Below, piece after piece: positions 1-14,600 of a DNA stretch of 64,000 nt. The notes beneath the pieces are model-generated. The model did not search any database. It saw only the letters and a list, made by a program, of their open reading frames with translations, and was not told the DNA's origin. Source of the stretch: Syncephalis fuscata S228 (Eukaryota; Fungi; Zoopagomycota). Location of the stretch: assembly GCA_025786725.1 (NCBI GenBank), contig JAHLTZ010000009.1, positions 434,001 to 498,000 on the forward strand. Direction: 5' to 3'. The first letter of the stretch is position 1. Every line of letters starts with the position of its first letter. A program made the translations under genes and the position numbers.

Positions 1-7
1 ACGTGCT

Positions 8-1610
8 ATGGCCACACTATCTATGTTGCAGGCCGTGCTTGGTTTTGGCGTAATGCTATGGATTGTAGCCGGATTTTTCCGTTTAACACGAAATCGCATT
101 GCGGATGGATTTATTGTTATACTTGGACAACAAATCTCGACGTCTATTATCAGCACTATGCTTCTTATCAAAGCATATCATGTTAATAACCAAAGTCGGC
201 TTATTGTCGGTATTGGCACTGTTTTAATTATTATCAATTTTGTCTTGACCTGTGTAAAGTGCTCAACTATCCCTTTGCCCACCATGCGATGGGGCTATTA
301 CGCGGTCGAGTTGGCTAAATATCTCAGTAGCGGCCTTGCTATTATTAATGAGCTGGTGCTCAATTTATTTGTTAGCATGTGCTTCCTAGTGGTTGTTTAT
401 CGTCATCGACGCAAAGTTAAACTTCCATTATATACAATACTATTGCGCGATGGCATCATATTCGCGCTTGTTTGTACCATCACCAATGTTTTGGTCGCGA
501 CTCTTTTTCTGACCCACGCTATACATAGTAACATTCTATGCATATTATACCAAATTAGTTGTAAGTAATTCTAAATTGATAATATTAATTTATAAGCTTT
601 GTATAACTCAACTATGGCATTTTAATAGGGGCATTTCAGTCATGGCTTGTGATACAGCAGCTAGAATCGGCACGTCGTAATAAAAGCACGGCAACATCAA
701 TCCATCCAGTTACAGGAGCTTCACGCTCGACAGCTTCTTCCCACTATACTGGCGCTACTGTTATTCAGTATCCACGAAAAAAGACCAACCGCTATTCGCG
801 AAATGCAATAAATAAAGAGTTCCCTGGTGTGCTCGCGCCAGCCAATGGCATTATTAGCAGAGATACACGTACGCGACAAACATCTGCGACAAATACCAAT
901 AGTAATAGTACTTATACAGCCGTTAGTCAAAACTCGCAACTAGATAGCAATTATAATCAAACGTGTCAAAGTCCTATCGGTACTTATTTGCCTCCTGGCG
1001 TGCATGGAATGGCAACGCCCCAACATCATGCGAAAGCACCCGCTCGACCATCTCTTCGTTCGCCATTATTTGCAAACGAGGGGGCACGTCGAGATCGAAC
1101 AGTCTCGTTTGCCGGCGACGATGATCCCGCTAATGCATCGCTGCGTTACTCGCATGGCACGGCAGAAAGCATAATTCAAACAGAACCATCGGCCATAGTT
1201 TTGGACACTGATGAGATGCAACCAAATATTTATGACAGAAAATCTCAATGGATGTCGATCGTACACAAACGAACGAATCCATAGAGTCTATACAAGTGAA
1301 TACGTCGGAAAAAAATCGCTCGCTTACTCCTTCACTAATTATTTGTGACATGTCCGAAATGGACAACGCAAAGCATACCACAGACGGCATGGTGATAAGA
1401 CAGCCATTAGGCTTTAGTGGGCAGACAATTAGCGGCAGTAGCACGACAGTGGTTAGCTCTAATCCAAATTACCATAGCAATAATAATACTATGGACTCGA
1501 CCGTTAGTCAACAGTCATCAAATACATCGCACCTGACAAGCATGATTGTCGATGAGATTGCCGATTGCTATCAAACGATACCATCTACCTCAAAATCCCA
1601 CTTATTTTAG
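8..1610 (+). CDS. Multi-TM GPCR-like membrane protein with long Ser/Thr-rich C-terminal tail (5' end probably outside the window)
   Basis: Hydrophobic helices and an LLRDGII motif. Intron 561-628 (GTAAGT..TAG) joins YQIS-W-AFQSWLVIQQLE. Tail ORF 649-1284 may continue by frameshift into 1248-1610. Confidence 0.6.
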
Positions 1611-3131
1611 CATAGCATTCCATAAATAAGCAGCAAATACTATGCGGCCGGACCGTAATTCAGTTGATACCAGCATTCTCTTTAGTTTCAGTAAAATAAA
1701 ACGCTAGCATTTATTCTTTTATTATATTCATTACTTTACTAACTGCATGTTCTATTCTTGTATTATTTATTTTTGTAAATGACTCATGTCAGTAAGCATT
1801 GTTTTGGCACATAATTACAACAATCAAAAGCTAATATATTTATCTATAAAAGTTTTGTACACAATCAAATTGATGATTTAAAAGTGTAATTATGACATGG
1901 ATGATAATACATATTCATCAATAATTTAAAGAAAAAAATTATATATTCCAGAAACGCCTTTCTTAGCTATCAAGGTTCACTATAGTATGTTTGGATCAAT
2001 TGCTTATACAATAGACTTGTTATGCATCACAGAAATCTTGTAAAATAAAAGATAGTTAACTGAATAGCAACTTGTATATCATATTGTTCGCAGTCACGTA
2101 GCAGCAAGATAACAATATAGGTATTAATAGAAATAAAGACCTGAAAAACGAAAAAGTTTAAAACATTGTCGTGAATCACATCAAAATTAATATTCTTGTA
2201 TATTCACGACTTAATTCTTTGTAACCAATATAAATAATTTATATAACTGTCTAATAAGATACAGTGTTTTTATTTTATTTTAGTTTTTAAAAACTATTGA
2301 AACACATTTAGATAGAATTACAGTTTGGTCAAGAAATTTAACAGTGTAAAACTATTAGTATTGCTTAAACTAAATCGCAACCATATATTTAACTAATCAG
2401 TACGTACTGTATGTTTGCTGATTGTGTATCGACTATAAGTATTACAAGAAAGACCACGCACAATAAATCACATAATCAACTTTTAAGGCATAAAAGTGCA
2501 TTGATAGAAAAAAATTAAATGTAGTACAATATTCATAATATGGTTATTTTTGGCAAAATATTGATTTTATTTAATTTAAATTATTCAAATAAAGCAATGG
2601 GACTACAGTTATTTTAATCACATTGATTATAGATACATGGGCGTTTAATCACAAAAATTGTTTATTGTTAATCAAAAATCTATGCAAACCATTCCAGCTG
2701 TCAACTTGAAATGACCAAAGTGGAATAATACATAACATACCCGAGCTGCATGAGCTGGCCAGAATGTTGTTGCTGCGTAGTTATTGAATATAGAAAGCTT
2801 ATAATAATTTAATAATTTCTTTTTTTCATATATCATTAATCGACATAAGTGTTTTGTTTTTGTAACAGTATTATCTTCAAGTTCAGTGATTCACCAATTA
2901 TTATTCAACTTGTGTTTATTGCCAGCTTAGATGATGCAAAATCTGCAGCTGACGTCGTGTACATGCTTGACTAAATACCCGTGTACCCACGGCAATTGCC
3001 ATGCATGAGGCACAAAAACCGGTAGTGACCCTTGTTTAATATCACATTGCAAAACACTCAGATTTATGCTTCTACACGTCTATTATTTTATCATTTACAC
3101 ACTACTGTTTTCGCAATATACAAAACCAAAA

Positions 3132-4101
3132 ATGCCGTTTATTAATTATACCGATCCAACGCAAACTGAATGGAGGCATAATTCTACAAAGCAATGGGGT
3201 ATTCCTCTCCATCCATTTGGTGAAATAAGCGTGCCTGATTTTTTAATGGATGCTTCAGGTCATATCGACGAGCAGCGTCTTCGTTTAATAGGCGTGCAAC
3301 TTCAAATGATATTTTCTGTTACAATGCTTTGTATTTTTGTACACAATATTGTTATAACTACCAAAATGACCATATCGCGACCGCGTAGTATGTTTTCATG
3401 GTGCTGTTTACGCTTGCTGTTATTGGTACTTTGTATAACATAATGCATATAGTCATGTTGATGGGCTATGGCCTTAATTGTAGAATGCTGGTATGGTCAG
3501 CCGGGTTTTTTACTTCACTAGGAATGATCTTTAATAGCTTAATTCTTCTTTTGAAAGTCCACTTGGTTCTCTATCAAAAAAAGTGGATTATCTATGTTGG
3601 CATTCTCCTTATATTGCCGCAAATAGGTTATACTTTTATTTTGATATACTACTCTTTCTTTACTTTGAAAGCGAAACTCGGCTGCGCATCTACTATCCAC
3701 CTATTTTTCTTTGGTACTGGATTGGCGTAAATACACCCATCAATATTTTTTTCAGCCATCTTCTGCCGTATTGCTTTAAGCAGTATCGTTTGTTTGGATC
3801 TGATGCGTGGAGGCGACTAGCACGGGATGGGATACAGACATATGTCTGGCATTATTAACCAATATTATTTGTTGCACCCTTATAATTAGTCGTTTCGACG
3901 ATGCTAATAGCGATATGCTTTTTCCCATCGACTGGTAAGCATTGATAATTATTGCATGTATATATCTAATATATTTATAGGATGATTGTTGCAACCATAT
4001 TGATTAGACATTGTGAGAAGATGGGAAATAACAATCAATCTGCGTATCGTCCCAAGACTTATAATATACTGCATCTATCTCAAATTGTCACTGCAAGATA
4101 A
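3132..4101 (+). CDS. GPCR-like multi-TM family, type A copy 1 (MPFINYTDP...), apparent frameshifts
   Basis: ORF pieces 3066-3443, 3398-3730, 3583-3858. Family motifs WGIPLHP, NCR, WYW, KQYRLFGSDAWRRLARDGIQT. Intron 3935-3980, last exon ends SQIVTAR*. Confidence 0.75.
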
Positions 4102-4947
4102 ATAGCTAATGCGTTAATATTCATCTATCTAACTTATTATAAATGCAGATTGTATATAGGCAATAAATATTAAAGTAATTTTAAATTCTTTTATAAAAAC
4201 TACAATTGTTATTTAAAATTGCATTTAAGAGTATGTCACTAATTAACACTAGATAAATGGACAATGTATATAACTAGTAGTACAAATATTTACATAGAAA
4301 TGGTAGGTTTGATAAGCAAGCACTGTTTTATTTTTATTAAACTGGTGGTTGTTGATTTATATTCTAGAGTATGCTACTGTGCTTTCTATTATTTAACAAG
4401 TTTAACTGTTATGTCTTTGTGCAAATCGATCTATGGAGAAAGACGAAGGTATCAATTTTACATAATACCTATTCAATGTACCATTTTATCAATAACTTAT
4501 TGTTTACTAGTGATATAGTATATAGAAACACCTTTGGTGTAGAATAGCCTTTATTGTATCCATACTGATGAACATGTTCTATAATATACCAACTTGTTGG
4601 ATAAATAGCTGTTCTTACACTTTGTTTAGTACTTTGTGTTTTTATTGACAGCTACTCAACAGTAGAATAGATAGCTAACAATATGTTATTATTATATATA
4701 ACTGTACTGACAAATAATAAACCTTTTTTCTTTGCTTAAATGATCTGTTTTTACTTAGCTGCATCTCTATAGTCGATCTGGTATAATGATTTAAAGATAA
4801 CATATTGCTTTGTTGTTTTATCTATATTGCTATAGTTTAATTTAAATAGCCAATTTTAAAAGAATAATGATTGATAAAGCTATATGCAAAATTATGTAAT
4901 TTATTTTAAATTAACAGATTTATTTGTAATACAATCACGGTCGTGTA

Positions 4948-7023
4948 TTAATCAACCACTACTAATTTCTCGTACTTCTTTATATCGATTGCGGCACGCA
5001 ATGTATTCCATGGTGACATATTTTCAATACGGTTTTCAAGGAATAGTTTAAGCATTTGACCGCTGAATCCAGATAACATACCAACGCCTTTTTGATTTAC
5101 GGTTACCGGCTTAGAGCCGCCATCTGCATCACGCCCCGAACCGCGTAGATTCCAGAATATCATCTCTGGCACTTCGTAACCAGCTTCTGTAAACTTGCGA
5201 ACAATAACTGCATAATCAGTATTGAACGCACTTAAACCACCTGTACAAGCTTGGTTAAATTCCATATCAGAGAAAACAAACAAACGTTTGACCATGTGTT
5301 CCGGCTCAAGATTCGATGCTTTAGCTTGTTGAAGAATAAGATCGAATACTGCTTGGAAATTAGTGCTAAATCCAAATCCCATAGTCGATACGTTCTTTAC
5401 TCGATCAACTAGTGTTTCACCAACAACATGGTGTATTTCTGGTTGTTCGCTGAACGTGATTAGCAGCTGGTTGAACGGTGGCTTAGTAAGCTCAGTGAGA
5501 AGTAGCGATAAGGCAATGGCGGCATTCATCGGAGTGCCGTTCATCGAACCAGATACGTCGCACACGGACATGGTCGCGTCAAATCCACCGACTTTGGCCA
5601 ACTTGTCAACGTAAGAACGCCATTGCGTTTCCAATACATCTATAGACTGATTGTCATCGGCCATCCACCGATGATTTCATTCATATAATGTTTATATGCT
5701 TCCTCTACAAGTTCATGCGGCATTAAAGCTCCGCTGGCAATCTTCTTTTCTCCTGTCTTCACTTGTCCCAAATAAGTACGAATCGTTCTTTGTCATGCTT
5801 AGTAAACTGGCCTTTTGCTTCTTCATGCACACCGATGGAACTCGCTCATAATTAATACTCGACCAATTATTTTGTGACATTAAAGTCTCAACTACAGGAA
5901 TTTTAGCACGTAGTGGCGTGAGATAGTCGCGTTGATACTGAATACGTATACGCATGACATAAGCAGTAAGTTCTTCGCCTTGCTTTCGGTGTTCAGCCTC
6001 TGGATAGAGCATTTGAGCAATAGTTGTTGCTAATAGCGTATAACTATCGTGGTGGGCACGTGGTGTGGGCGCCCATTTTGCAGCCAATGAGGTAGATTTG
6101 TTTTTCTTCAATAGCTCTAAATCATTGTATAATGCTGCGGCAAAATGTCGAGCTGTTTCCACATGAAGTTTTTGATAAGAAACGTCATTTTCAAATAAAT
6201 TTCGTACACGATCACGTTTTTCCTTTGTTCGTTCATTACGTTCTTTACGTGCAGTCTTGCTAAGATTAAGCATTTCTGCTTGATTATGTTCTGCGCGTTC
6301 TTTGCGATAACGTGCAATATTTTCTTCACTTGTGTCGGACGCCGCTTTACGGAATTCTTCTCGGCGATTCTTGCGAACCAAATTTCTAGTAGTCCATACT
6401 TCTTTAGTGTAGCGTCGACCACGAGCAGCCTCACGCTTTCTATACTCTTCCTCCAGTTTATTGACACCTTCTACATCGATTGTCTCCCAAAGAAGAAACT
6501 CTGCCAAATCTTTCCAGTAGCCCACTGCTGGAAGCGTAGGTAAATTGGCAAAAAACGTTTCAGGATGAAACTGCCGTAACCACTGTAGTGCATAATAAAA
6601 CTCTTTACGATCGCCCTTGCCATCACGTATATCACGTAGCTGGAATATTAGCTTAAGTGTATCGAGCGGATCTTCTTTCCAGGCCTTTTCCAAGCCAGTG
6701 CGAATATATTCACGACTAGTACCAGACATGGCATCAAAGAAGAAGTCAACTCGGGCAGAAGTTGTAGTGGCATAAGTTACACTGCTATTTTCGGTAAGTT
6801 TTAAGTTGCCTGTAGATGCAGCCAGCATAGCATCAACAAATGGGGAACTGGTGCTGGCAGTCTTGTCCGAGTCGGCAGTATCATTATTTTTTGGTTGATT
6901 CGGCTCGGCCGATATAAATTCAAATCCTTCTTCTACTTTGCCGACGCTCTTGGCTACATCCGCTGCTTGAGGCAATGGATTGGCAAAAGAAAGAGTATAA
7001 TCGCCAGAGATATAGTCAGCCAT
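4948..7023 (-). CDS. DUF2828-family protein with C-terminal vWA-like domain, apparently intronless, frameshifted near 5670-5800
   Basis: Motifs LTEN, DPLDTLKLIFQLRDIRDGKGDR, GYWKDL, SLAAKWAP, INYERVPS, VCDVSGSM, STNFQAVFDLIL, FVFSDMEF, IFWNLR, SGFS are typical of DUF2828 proteins. Confidence 0.85.
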
Positions 7024-7621
7024 GGATAAGTCTCAGTTTCAATAGACAATAAACCAAATGACAAGCAAGAATAAAAGCAGGTAAAGAAGAGGTGGCGGTA
7101 CAGTTCAATGGCCCTTCCTGTTAGCGCTCTTTTATGACGATCTTGTGACTCAGTGTTATATTGTGCGTCATCATTCATTGAATACTATTTACGGCAATCC
7201 TTTGGAAAACTGGTCACAACACTTGGGCACAACACGTTTTACATTTTTATCGTAATAATATTGATATGCATGAGTAGATTAATCATGTAATAAAGTAATG
7301 TAGTTATTGTAGTGATGTTAAGCATATCAGCCATCTAGATCGACCAGATTTTAGTATTATATTGGCATAATTTAAAATAAAAGTCTGATGGTTACAACTT
7401 GAAAGGCATACGATATTACATTTTAGACTACGTAGATAGCATACGTTTAATAAAGCACTGGTCTTTCCGCTAGTTGTATTTTATTGGATTTAATCAAAAC
7501 ATATTAAATGGCTAATAAACTATTTGTATAAATAATTGTAGTATGTTAATACTTTTAAAAGAAAAAGTCATTTTCAGCTAATAAAATAGTTATAATAGCG
7601 ACATTTATTTAACATAATGAC

Positions 7622-8649
7622 TCATACCAACAAATGTTGATTCGAAAAATCAGAATGCATATGATGATCTATAGACTTTACAGTAGCAATTTGAGATAAA
7701 TGAAGCATATGCTCGGTTTTTGGTTGGTGTGCAGAACCAACACTTTTGCCTATATTTTGACAATGATGGACTAATATTGTTGTGACAACTACCCTGTGTG
7801 CCTATTAGTTTTATGTAAACAGTTATTTACCATTACTTACCAATCTAAGATAAAGAATTGATCAGAATAGGCTTTGCCTATAAACATGATTACGATAACT
7901 AAGCAAATGATGTTGCATAGTGTGGCCAAAAACATTGTTTGTATTCCATCGCGCGCAAGTTTCTTCCATGCATCCGATCCAAATAAACGATACTGTTTTA
8001 GAGCAACGTAGCAAAAGATGGATGAGAATAGCACATTGATCGGTGCATTGGCTAAAAACCAGTACCAGATAGTAGGCTGATGATAGTAATTTACGCAGCC
8101 CTCTTTTTCTTCTATAATAATATATCCACAATTAATTACAATGGGAGCATAGACGAGCTGTGGCAGTATAAATGGAATACTGATATAAAGTACCCATTTT
8201 TGCCGACAAAGCACCAGATAGGCCTTTTGAAGCAGTATTAAACTGTTGCCAATCATCGTAAATGACATACTGAATAGAATAATCCATATCATAATCCGGC
8301 AATTACCAAGGAGATTCATGAATATAAATATACTCGTCAAACTAGTTGTCATATTTAGAACAGAAGGGATTAGACAGCACCATGAGATTATCCTATAAGG
8401 TCGTGCTATGACCATTTTACTGGCAACAGCAAGATTGCGTCCAAATATAAAAGACGCTATAACAATCATTACAATTTGAGCTTGTGCACCAAGTAGTCGA
8501 AGGCGCTGTTTATAAATGTCGCCAGAAGCCTCCATAAAGAAATCAAATACGTGTATTTCGCCAAGTGGATGAAGCGGAATTCCCAATTGCTTCATGTTGC
8601 TGTTAATCCATTCAGCGTATTGGTGGCTATTATAATCAATGGCTGGCAT
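7622..8649 (-). CDS. GPCR-like multi-TM family, type B copy (MPAIDYNS...), intact
   Basis: Uninterrupted 270-aa exon with multiple TM segments and the LARDGIQT motif. Intron after ILDW (about 7794-7840), second exon WVVVTTILVHHC...QHLLV*. Confidence 0.8.
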
Positions 8650-9735
8650 GATGTATGAATAGTATAGATATTAAGAATACAATATACAATAATAAATCTG
8701 TTAGTATGTGTCGATAAAAACTGGTTAAATAATTGAAAGAGTGAATACAACTAAGAAGCACGTCTCGCTGCTATCAAGTTTTGGCTATAAGATGAACGGA
8801 CCAATGGCTTATGGTCATAACCTGTTATGCATCTCGAAATCGTGGCATATGCCATGATAATACCGAAGTAAATAGCTGTATGTATATACCATCTGTTCAC
8901 GCGCAGCATGACAGCAAAATAATCAACCACATGGTAATAAAAGCAAAGGCCTCAACTGATCACTGGATTTATACTAGATTGTACTGGCATCTCTAATCAT
9001 TGAGATTAATCAAATAAAACAATTAATTTTGATTAAACTAAAATTCAATTATGTATTTAAATAGCTATTGTGTGCTGTATGATTGCTGGTTGTATATTTA
9101 CTATAAAGACTACAAAAGGCTGCACACCTAATAGTATAATTCTTATTTTGTAATGTTCATTTTGTGTGATCCATCCGAAGCAAATAAAGAAATATATTGC
9201 AATAACAATACATGGCGTTTTTTGTAGTATTTCTAGTCACATTAGCACGAGACATATATGAGTGTTTAAGTATAGAAGTTGCCTATCGTTGATCAAGAAC
9301 TCAGGCGAGTATTCCAGTTGTCAGCCTAAAGTGGCTAAAATAGAATAACGCACGATATGTCTTGAACTGCATAGTCTAACCGGATATCCGCTGCTGCGTT
9401 GCTGTTGAATATAAAATATGCAAGAACTTGATGAATTCTTTTTACACATATTATATGTCAGCATCAATATTGTAGTGTTACTGCGGCACACGATCATCTT
9501 CAAGTTCAGTGATTTGCCAACCAGCTTTTTATTCAGCTTGTGACCATTGCATGCTCTGGATGATGTATGGTGCAGCAGCTGACACTGAGCATTCGCAAAA
9601 ATTATCATGCATGCAATACAGAAAACTGGTAATTGCCCTTGTTTAAATACTTCATTGCAAACTGTTTAAATTTATGCGCTTTACCTCTATTATCTAGCCA
9701 TTTATACACTATTACCGTTATTTTTATAGGTTAAA

Positions 9736-10710
9736 ATGCCATTTATTAACTATACAGACCCAAAGCAAACTGAGTGGATACATAATGCTACAAAGCAGTG
9801 GAGCATACCGCTCAATCCACTTGGTGAAATGAGTGTGCCTGATTTTTTGATGGAAGCTTCAGGTCATATTGATGAACAACACCTTCGTTTAGCGGCCATA
9901 CAAGTTCAGCTTGTATTTTCCGTTATAATGCTTTATATCTTTGCACACAATAGCATTATAGCTACCAAAATGATTATATCAAGGCCACATAGCAAGTTTT
10001 CATGGTGCTGTTTAACACTTGCTGCTGCTGGTGCCATATCCAGTATAATGCACATATTTATGTTGACGAGCCATGTCATTAACTGTAGAATGCTGGTATG
10101 GTCGTCTGGATTTTTTATTTCATTAGGAATGATCTTCAATAGCGCGATTCTTCTTTTAAAGTTCATTTGGTTCTTTATCAAAAAAAGTGGATCACTTATA
10201 TTGGCATTCTTTTTATACTGCCGCAAGTAGGCTATGGTTTTATTTTAATATACTACTCTTTTTTACTTTGGAGATCAAACTCGGCTGCGCAATCTACTAT
10301 CCATCCATTCTGCTTTGGTACTGGATTGGCGTAAATACACCCATCAATATATTCTTTTCAGCCATCTTCTGCCGTATTGCTTTTAAGCAGTATCGCCTAT
10401 TTGGATCTGATGCATGGAAACGACTAGCACGAGATGGAATACAAACGATATGCCTGGCCTTATTAACCAATTTTGTTTGCTGCATAGCCATAGCTAGTCA
10501 TTACGGTGATACTAACCTTGATATACTTTTTCTTGCCGATTGGTAAGTACTGGTGCTTAATTGTATGTATATAGCTAATATATTTATAGGATGGTTGTTG
10601 GAACCATATTGATTAGACATTGTGAGAAGATGGGAAATAGAAATCACACTGGATATAGTCCTAAAACTAATCATATGGTCCACATGTCACAAATTGTTAC
10701 TGCAAGATAA
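9736..10710 (+). CDS. GPCR-like multi-TM family, type A copy 2
   Basis: ORFs 9736-10230 and 10187-10546 with the same motifs. Intron after ADW, last exon ends SQIVTAR*. Confidence 0.75.
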
Positions 10711-11658
10711 ATAGGCTAATGCATCAATATCTTGCATCTAACTTATTATAAATGCGGATTGTATATAGGCAATACAATATTAAAGTAATTTAAATTCTTT
10801 TATAAAAACATTACAATTGTTATTTACAAATTGCATTTAAGAGTATGTCACTAATTAACACTAAATAAATCGACAATGATATATAACTAGTAGTACAAAT
10901 AATTTGGATAGAAATGGTAGGTTTGATAAGCAAAGCACTTGTTTTATTTTTATTAAACTGGTGGTTTGTTGGTTTATATTCTAGAGTATGCTACTGTGCT
11001 TTCTATTATTTAACAAGTTTAACTGTTATGTCTTTACGCAAATCGATCTATGGACGAAAGACGAAGGTATCAATTTTACATAATACCTATTCAATGTACC
11101 ATTTTATTAATAAATTATTTTTTTATTGGTAATGTGTTATAAGAATTAAACTTTCATACTCATTTAAGCAATATTACAAATCAATAAAATCATAAATTTT
11201 AATGATTTAGCAATAATCTGTGATAAGGGCAGAATTGTTGTATAATTCATGTTTATCAATTATCCAATATTACAACTTATCAACTATTAATGTCAATACA
11301 AAAAGATACTATAAAAACATTGTAAGATTATATAGCTAGCCCATAAATCTACTTAATTGATACACAATACAATTGTATACTAATGCCACTCAATAAGTAT
11401 TTAATCTATTCAATAAATAAATAATTTGGTTTAGTATTATAACTACAGATATACAATATTAACGTCTTTATTAAAGTGTTAGCTAGCAATATAATACTAA
11501 TATTCACAAAAAACAAAAAATGAGTTTATAACCTATTACACCAGGTAAAGAGTTATAAAAGACTGGATCATAAAACAAAGTTACAAGCCACATTGGAAAA
11601 AATTAAAATATATGCACAGTAAACGACGCGTGTGTGTGAGAGAGAGAGCAAGTAATGG

Positions 11659-14600
11659 TTATGCGGATAGCATAAACAAATCATTGGCATCAAGTTGAAG
11701 ATCAGCACTGGGCAGTTCTTGATCAAACATCGATGCAGATGTGGCAGATGTAGATGATATGTCGGCCATTGATGCTGTTGATTGATCGGCATTAAGAGTA
11801 TTTGAATCAATCATATGGTTGTCCATAGATGTAGGCAATGCATTCGTAGCTGCCATAACTGAAGAAAAGTCAAATATACTATCAGCTGACATAGTCGCCG
11901 AACTGAATAGCATATCATGATTGCCTTCACCGGAATTGGCCGTCGTTGTAGTTGTTGTTGGTACATCAAAGTGACCTTTGTAAAATGCCGTATTGCTATT
12001 ACTATACACAGCACCAGTAGTAGTAATAGATGATGAATCCATTAATTCAAGCCCAAGACCAGTTGTATTATTGGCCAATGGTATATCTACTGGGGAGGAA
12101 ATGGCACCATGTGATGTACTCGTTTCAGCTATTCCAGCTGATTGTGGGGGTGTGGGATCACGAATAAACGCCATTGTAGCTTCATCAAGTTCAGCCGCCG
12201 ACATACCATTCGTACTGGCTAATGATGATGGTAACATCGATGATGCACCGCCACCAATACCAAATGCATAATCAAATGTATTAATAGAACTACCTTGTTC
12301 TAGTATCGGTGCCGATTGTGGCGCATTTAATTGCAAGTTTAACATATTGGATAGTCCAGCATTTGGCATTGTCGGTGCATTCATATTAGAATTTACCTGA
12401 GGTGTAGATTGTAAAGAAAGTTGACCAGTCGGTAGACTATTAAGGGGTAATGTCGTATTAGTATCCGATAATGGCTTTGATTCTTGCCATAATTGAGATG
12501 AATTAGGTGCAGATGATGCTAGATTATGATTCATTTGAGCGGCCCATATCGTAGCTAGTGGTATATTAGGAGCAAAAGATGATAAAGAAGGTTGTTGTTG
12601 TTGTTGTTGTTGTTGTTGTTGCATCATAGCCGTTGCAAGCCATAAATTTTGCTGTTGTTCTGCAGTAATCCCTCCTGGGGATGCCACTACTGGGTGATGT
12701 TGCAAATTGCTTAATGGGTTACTTGGCTGTTCAGTAAATGAGCTGGATCCAGAGAGCTGTGATTTCATCTGTGACTGTAGTCGCTTTCCTCGTTTGTTAT
12801 TATTCATCGTATTAATAGATTGTGAAATACGACGTGGTGATGGTGGAATGGCCGCACTTAATGAACGAGAACGACCAGCCATTGATGCAGCCATCTTGTG
12901 ATTTTGAACACGATTTGTACCATCATCGTCATTAACCGTTTCAAGTGTTTCATTGGCACTGGCAATAGATAATGCAGGCGAGTTGGGCTCATTCTGCTCA
13001 TTGGATGTTGATACAGGTGATCCACCTACTAAAGACATATCATATTGAGTAGGCATCCAATTGCGTCGCATGGCCATGGCTCGTTGATTATTTAACATCG
13101 AGTTGGTGTCACAATGTAGACGTGCTCTAGCATTCTTGTCATTAACTGTAAATGTTGCTGGTCGTTTAGGTGATGAAAATGTATGCAATCCCACTGGCTC
13201 AATAGGATCATCAACTCTGAATTGATGTTGAAAGTGTGATACAGGCGGTAATGATCTGCTAGGCTGGGCCATAGCAACAGGTACTAGACAGCCAGCAGGC
13301 GCTGTACCATTAGTTGTAAATCGGTATGACTTTGCATTAATAGCTCCAAAGGATGATATTCTATTCATATTAGCGGTATTTATTGCAGCTGGTGTTGTTG
13401 CAGTTGTTGCAGCTGCCATATTGGTACCTGACATTTGGCCTGTTATATTATTTCTATTCAATGCAGATGACTGTGGCGCTAATGTCATTAAAGATTCAAC
13501 CTTGGCTTGAATAAAACTATCGTGATTAATGCCGTTATTTGACTCATTGTGCCTATCAGTCGATTTGTTCATCGCTTCATGGTTAATAGTTGTTAATAGA
13601 CGCAGTCCTGGATCGACGGTCATTATCTTTTGTATACTTTCTTGCAATGCATGACCTGGTGCTGTGGTGGTGTATTTAAATATTTGACTGGCTTGGTGTT
13701 TTTCTGTAAAATCTCTACATGGCATCCATGGTCGTTGTTGTTGTTGTTGTTGCTGTGCTGGTGCTATAGATGGTGGTGTCAACAATGCTAATGGAGAAGA
13801 TGGTCGTTGCACTGCTTTTCCTTTATTATTTGTTGCATTGTCGGTGGACTGGGTGGTAGCTTGCTTTGGTTTACTTGTCGATAATGACTTGTTATCTTTC
13901 GACGGAGTTGTCAAGGAAGCCATTTCCATCGCAAACATTGGTGGACCAGATACAGTGACTTGCATACTGCCTAGATTTGAATTGGTATTAATCTCTACGG
14001 CCATTTGAAGAATAATATTGGCCGAGTAATCTAGTAGAAATCGGACTCCTTGTTCCTGTATAACATAACGCAACGTTCTTACAGCCGGTAGATAGACACA
14101 TACTAGATCGCCATTAGACACGGATATACGGCGCCATGTACCAATAGTAAGCATATTGCATGGAATAGGAATAGGAGCTATTGCTGCAGACAGTATAGGC
14201 TGTGCTCTATGAATAATAGGCACAGCGCTGATATTATTTACCACAGCACTGTTTGATAATGGTCTAGCTGGAGCAATGGATTTAAGGTTTGAAGTAGAGC
14301 GTGGAATACTGCCAGTATCAGAAAGGGAGCGAATGAGTGGAATAGTAGGAGCGGTTCGTAGAGCAGTAATCCGTTCCATAGAAAGGTTGGCATTGGGTGT
14401 GGATACAGATGAGAGTAAATTCGGCGTATTTGATATCATATTTAAAGCAGAGTTGGTTGGAAATGTTGATAAAGAAGTGTTGTTGTTGTTGTTGTTGTTT
14501 TAACAACATCATTAGAGACTAAATTGATATTTCTTGTATTAGATAGTAAATAAGATTGATCCATCGGTATGTTAGGTGGCATAATGTTTGAAAGTCCATT

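Noticed and set aside
4264-4518. Short ORFs 4264-4518 and 10914-11132 that resemble each other
   Set aside because: They lie in the duplicated 3' flank of the receptor genes, and frames are not preserved among the three copies.
12590-12622. (TTG)n microsatellite, and similar tracts near 13735, 14480, 14615, 32218 and 52495
   Set aside because: Ordinary polyQ-coding or intronic simple repeats.
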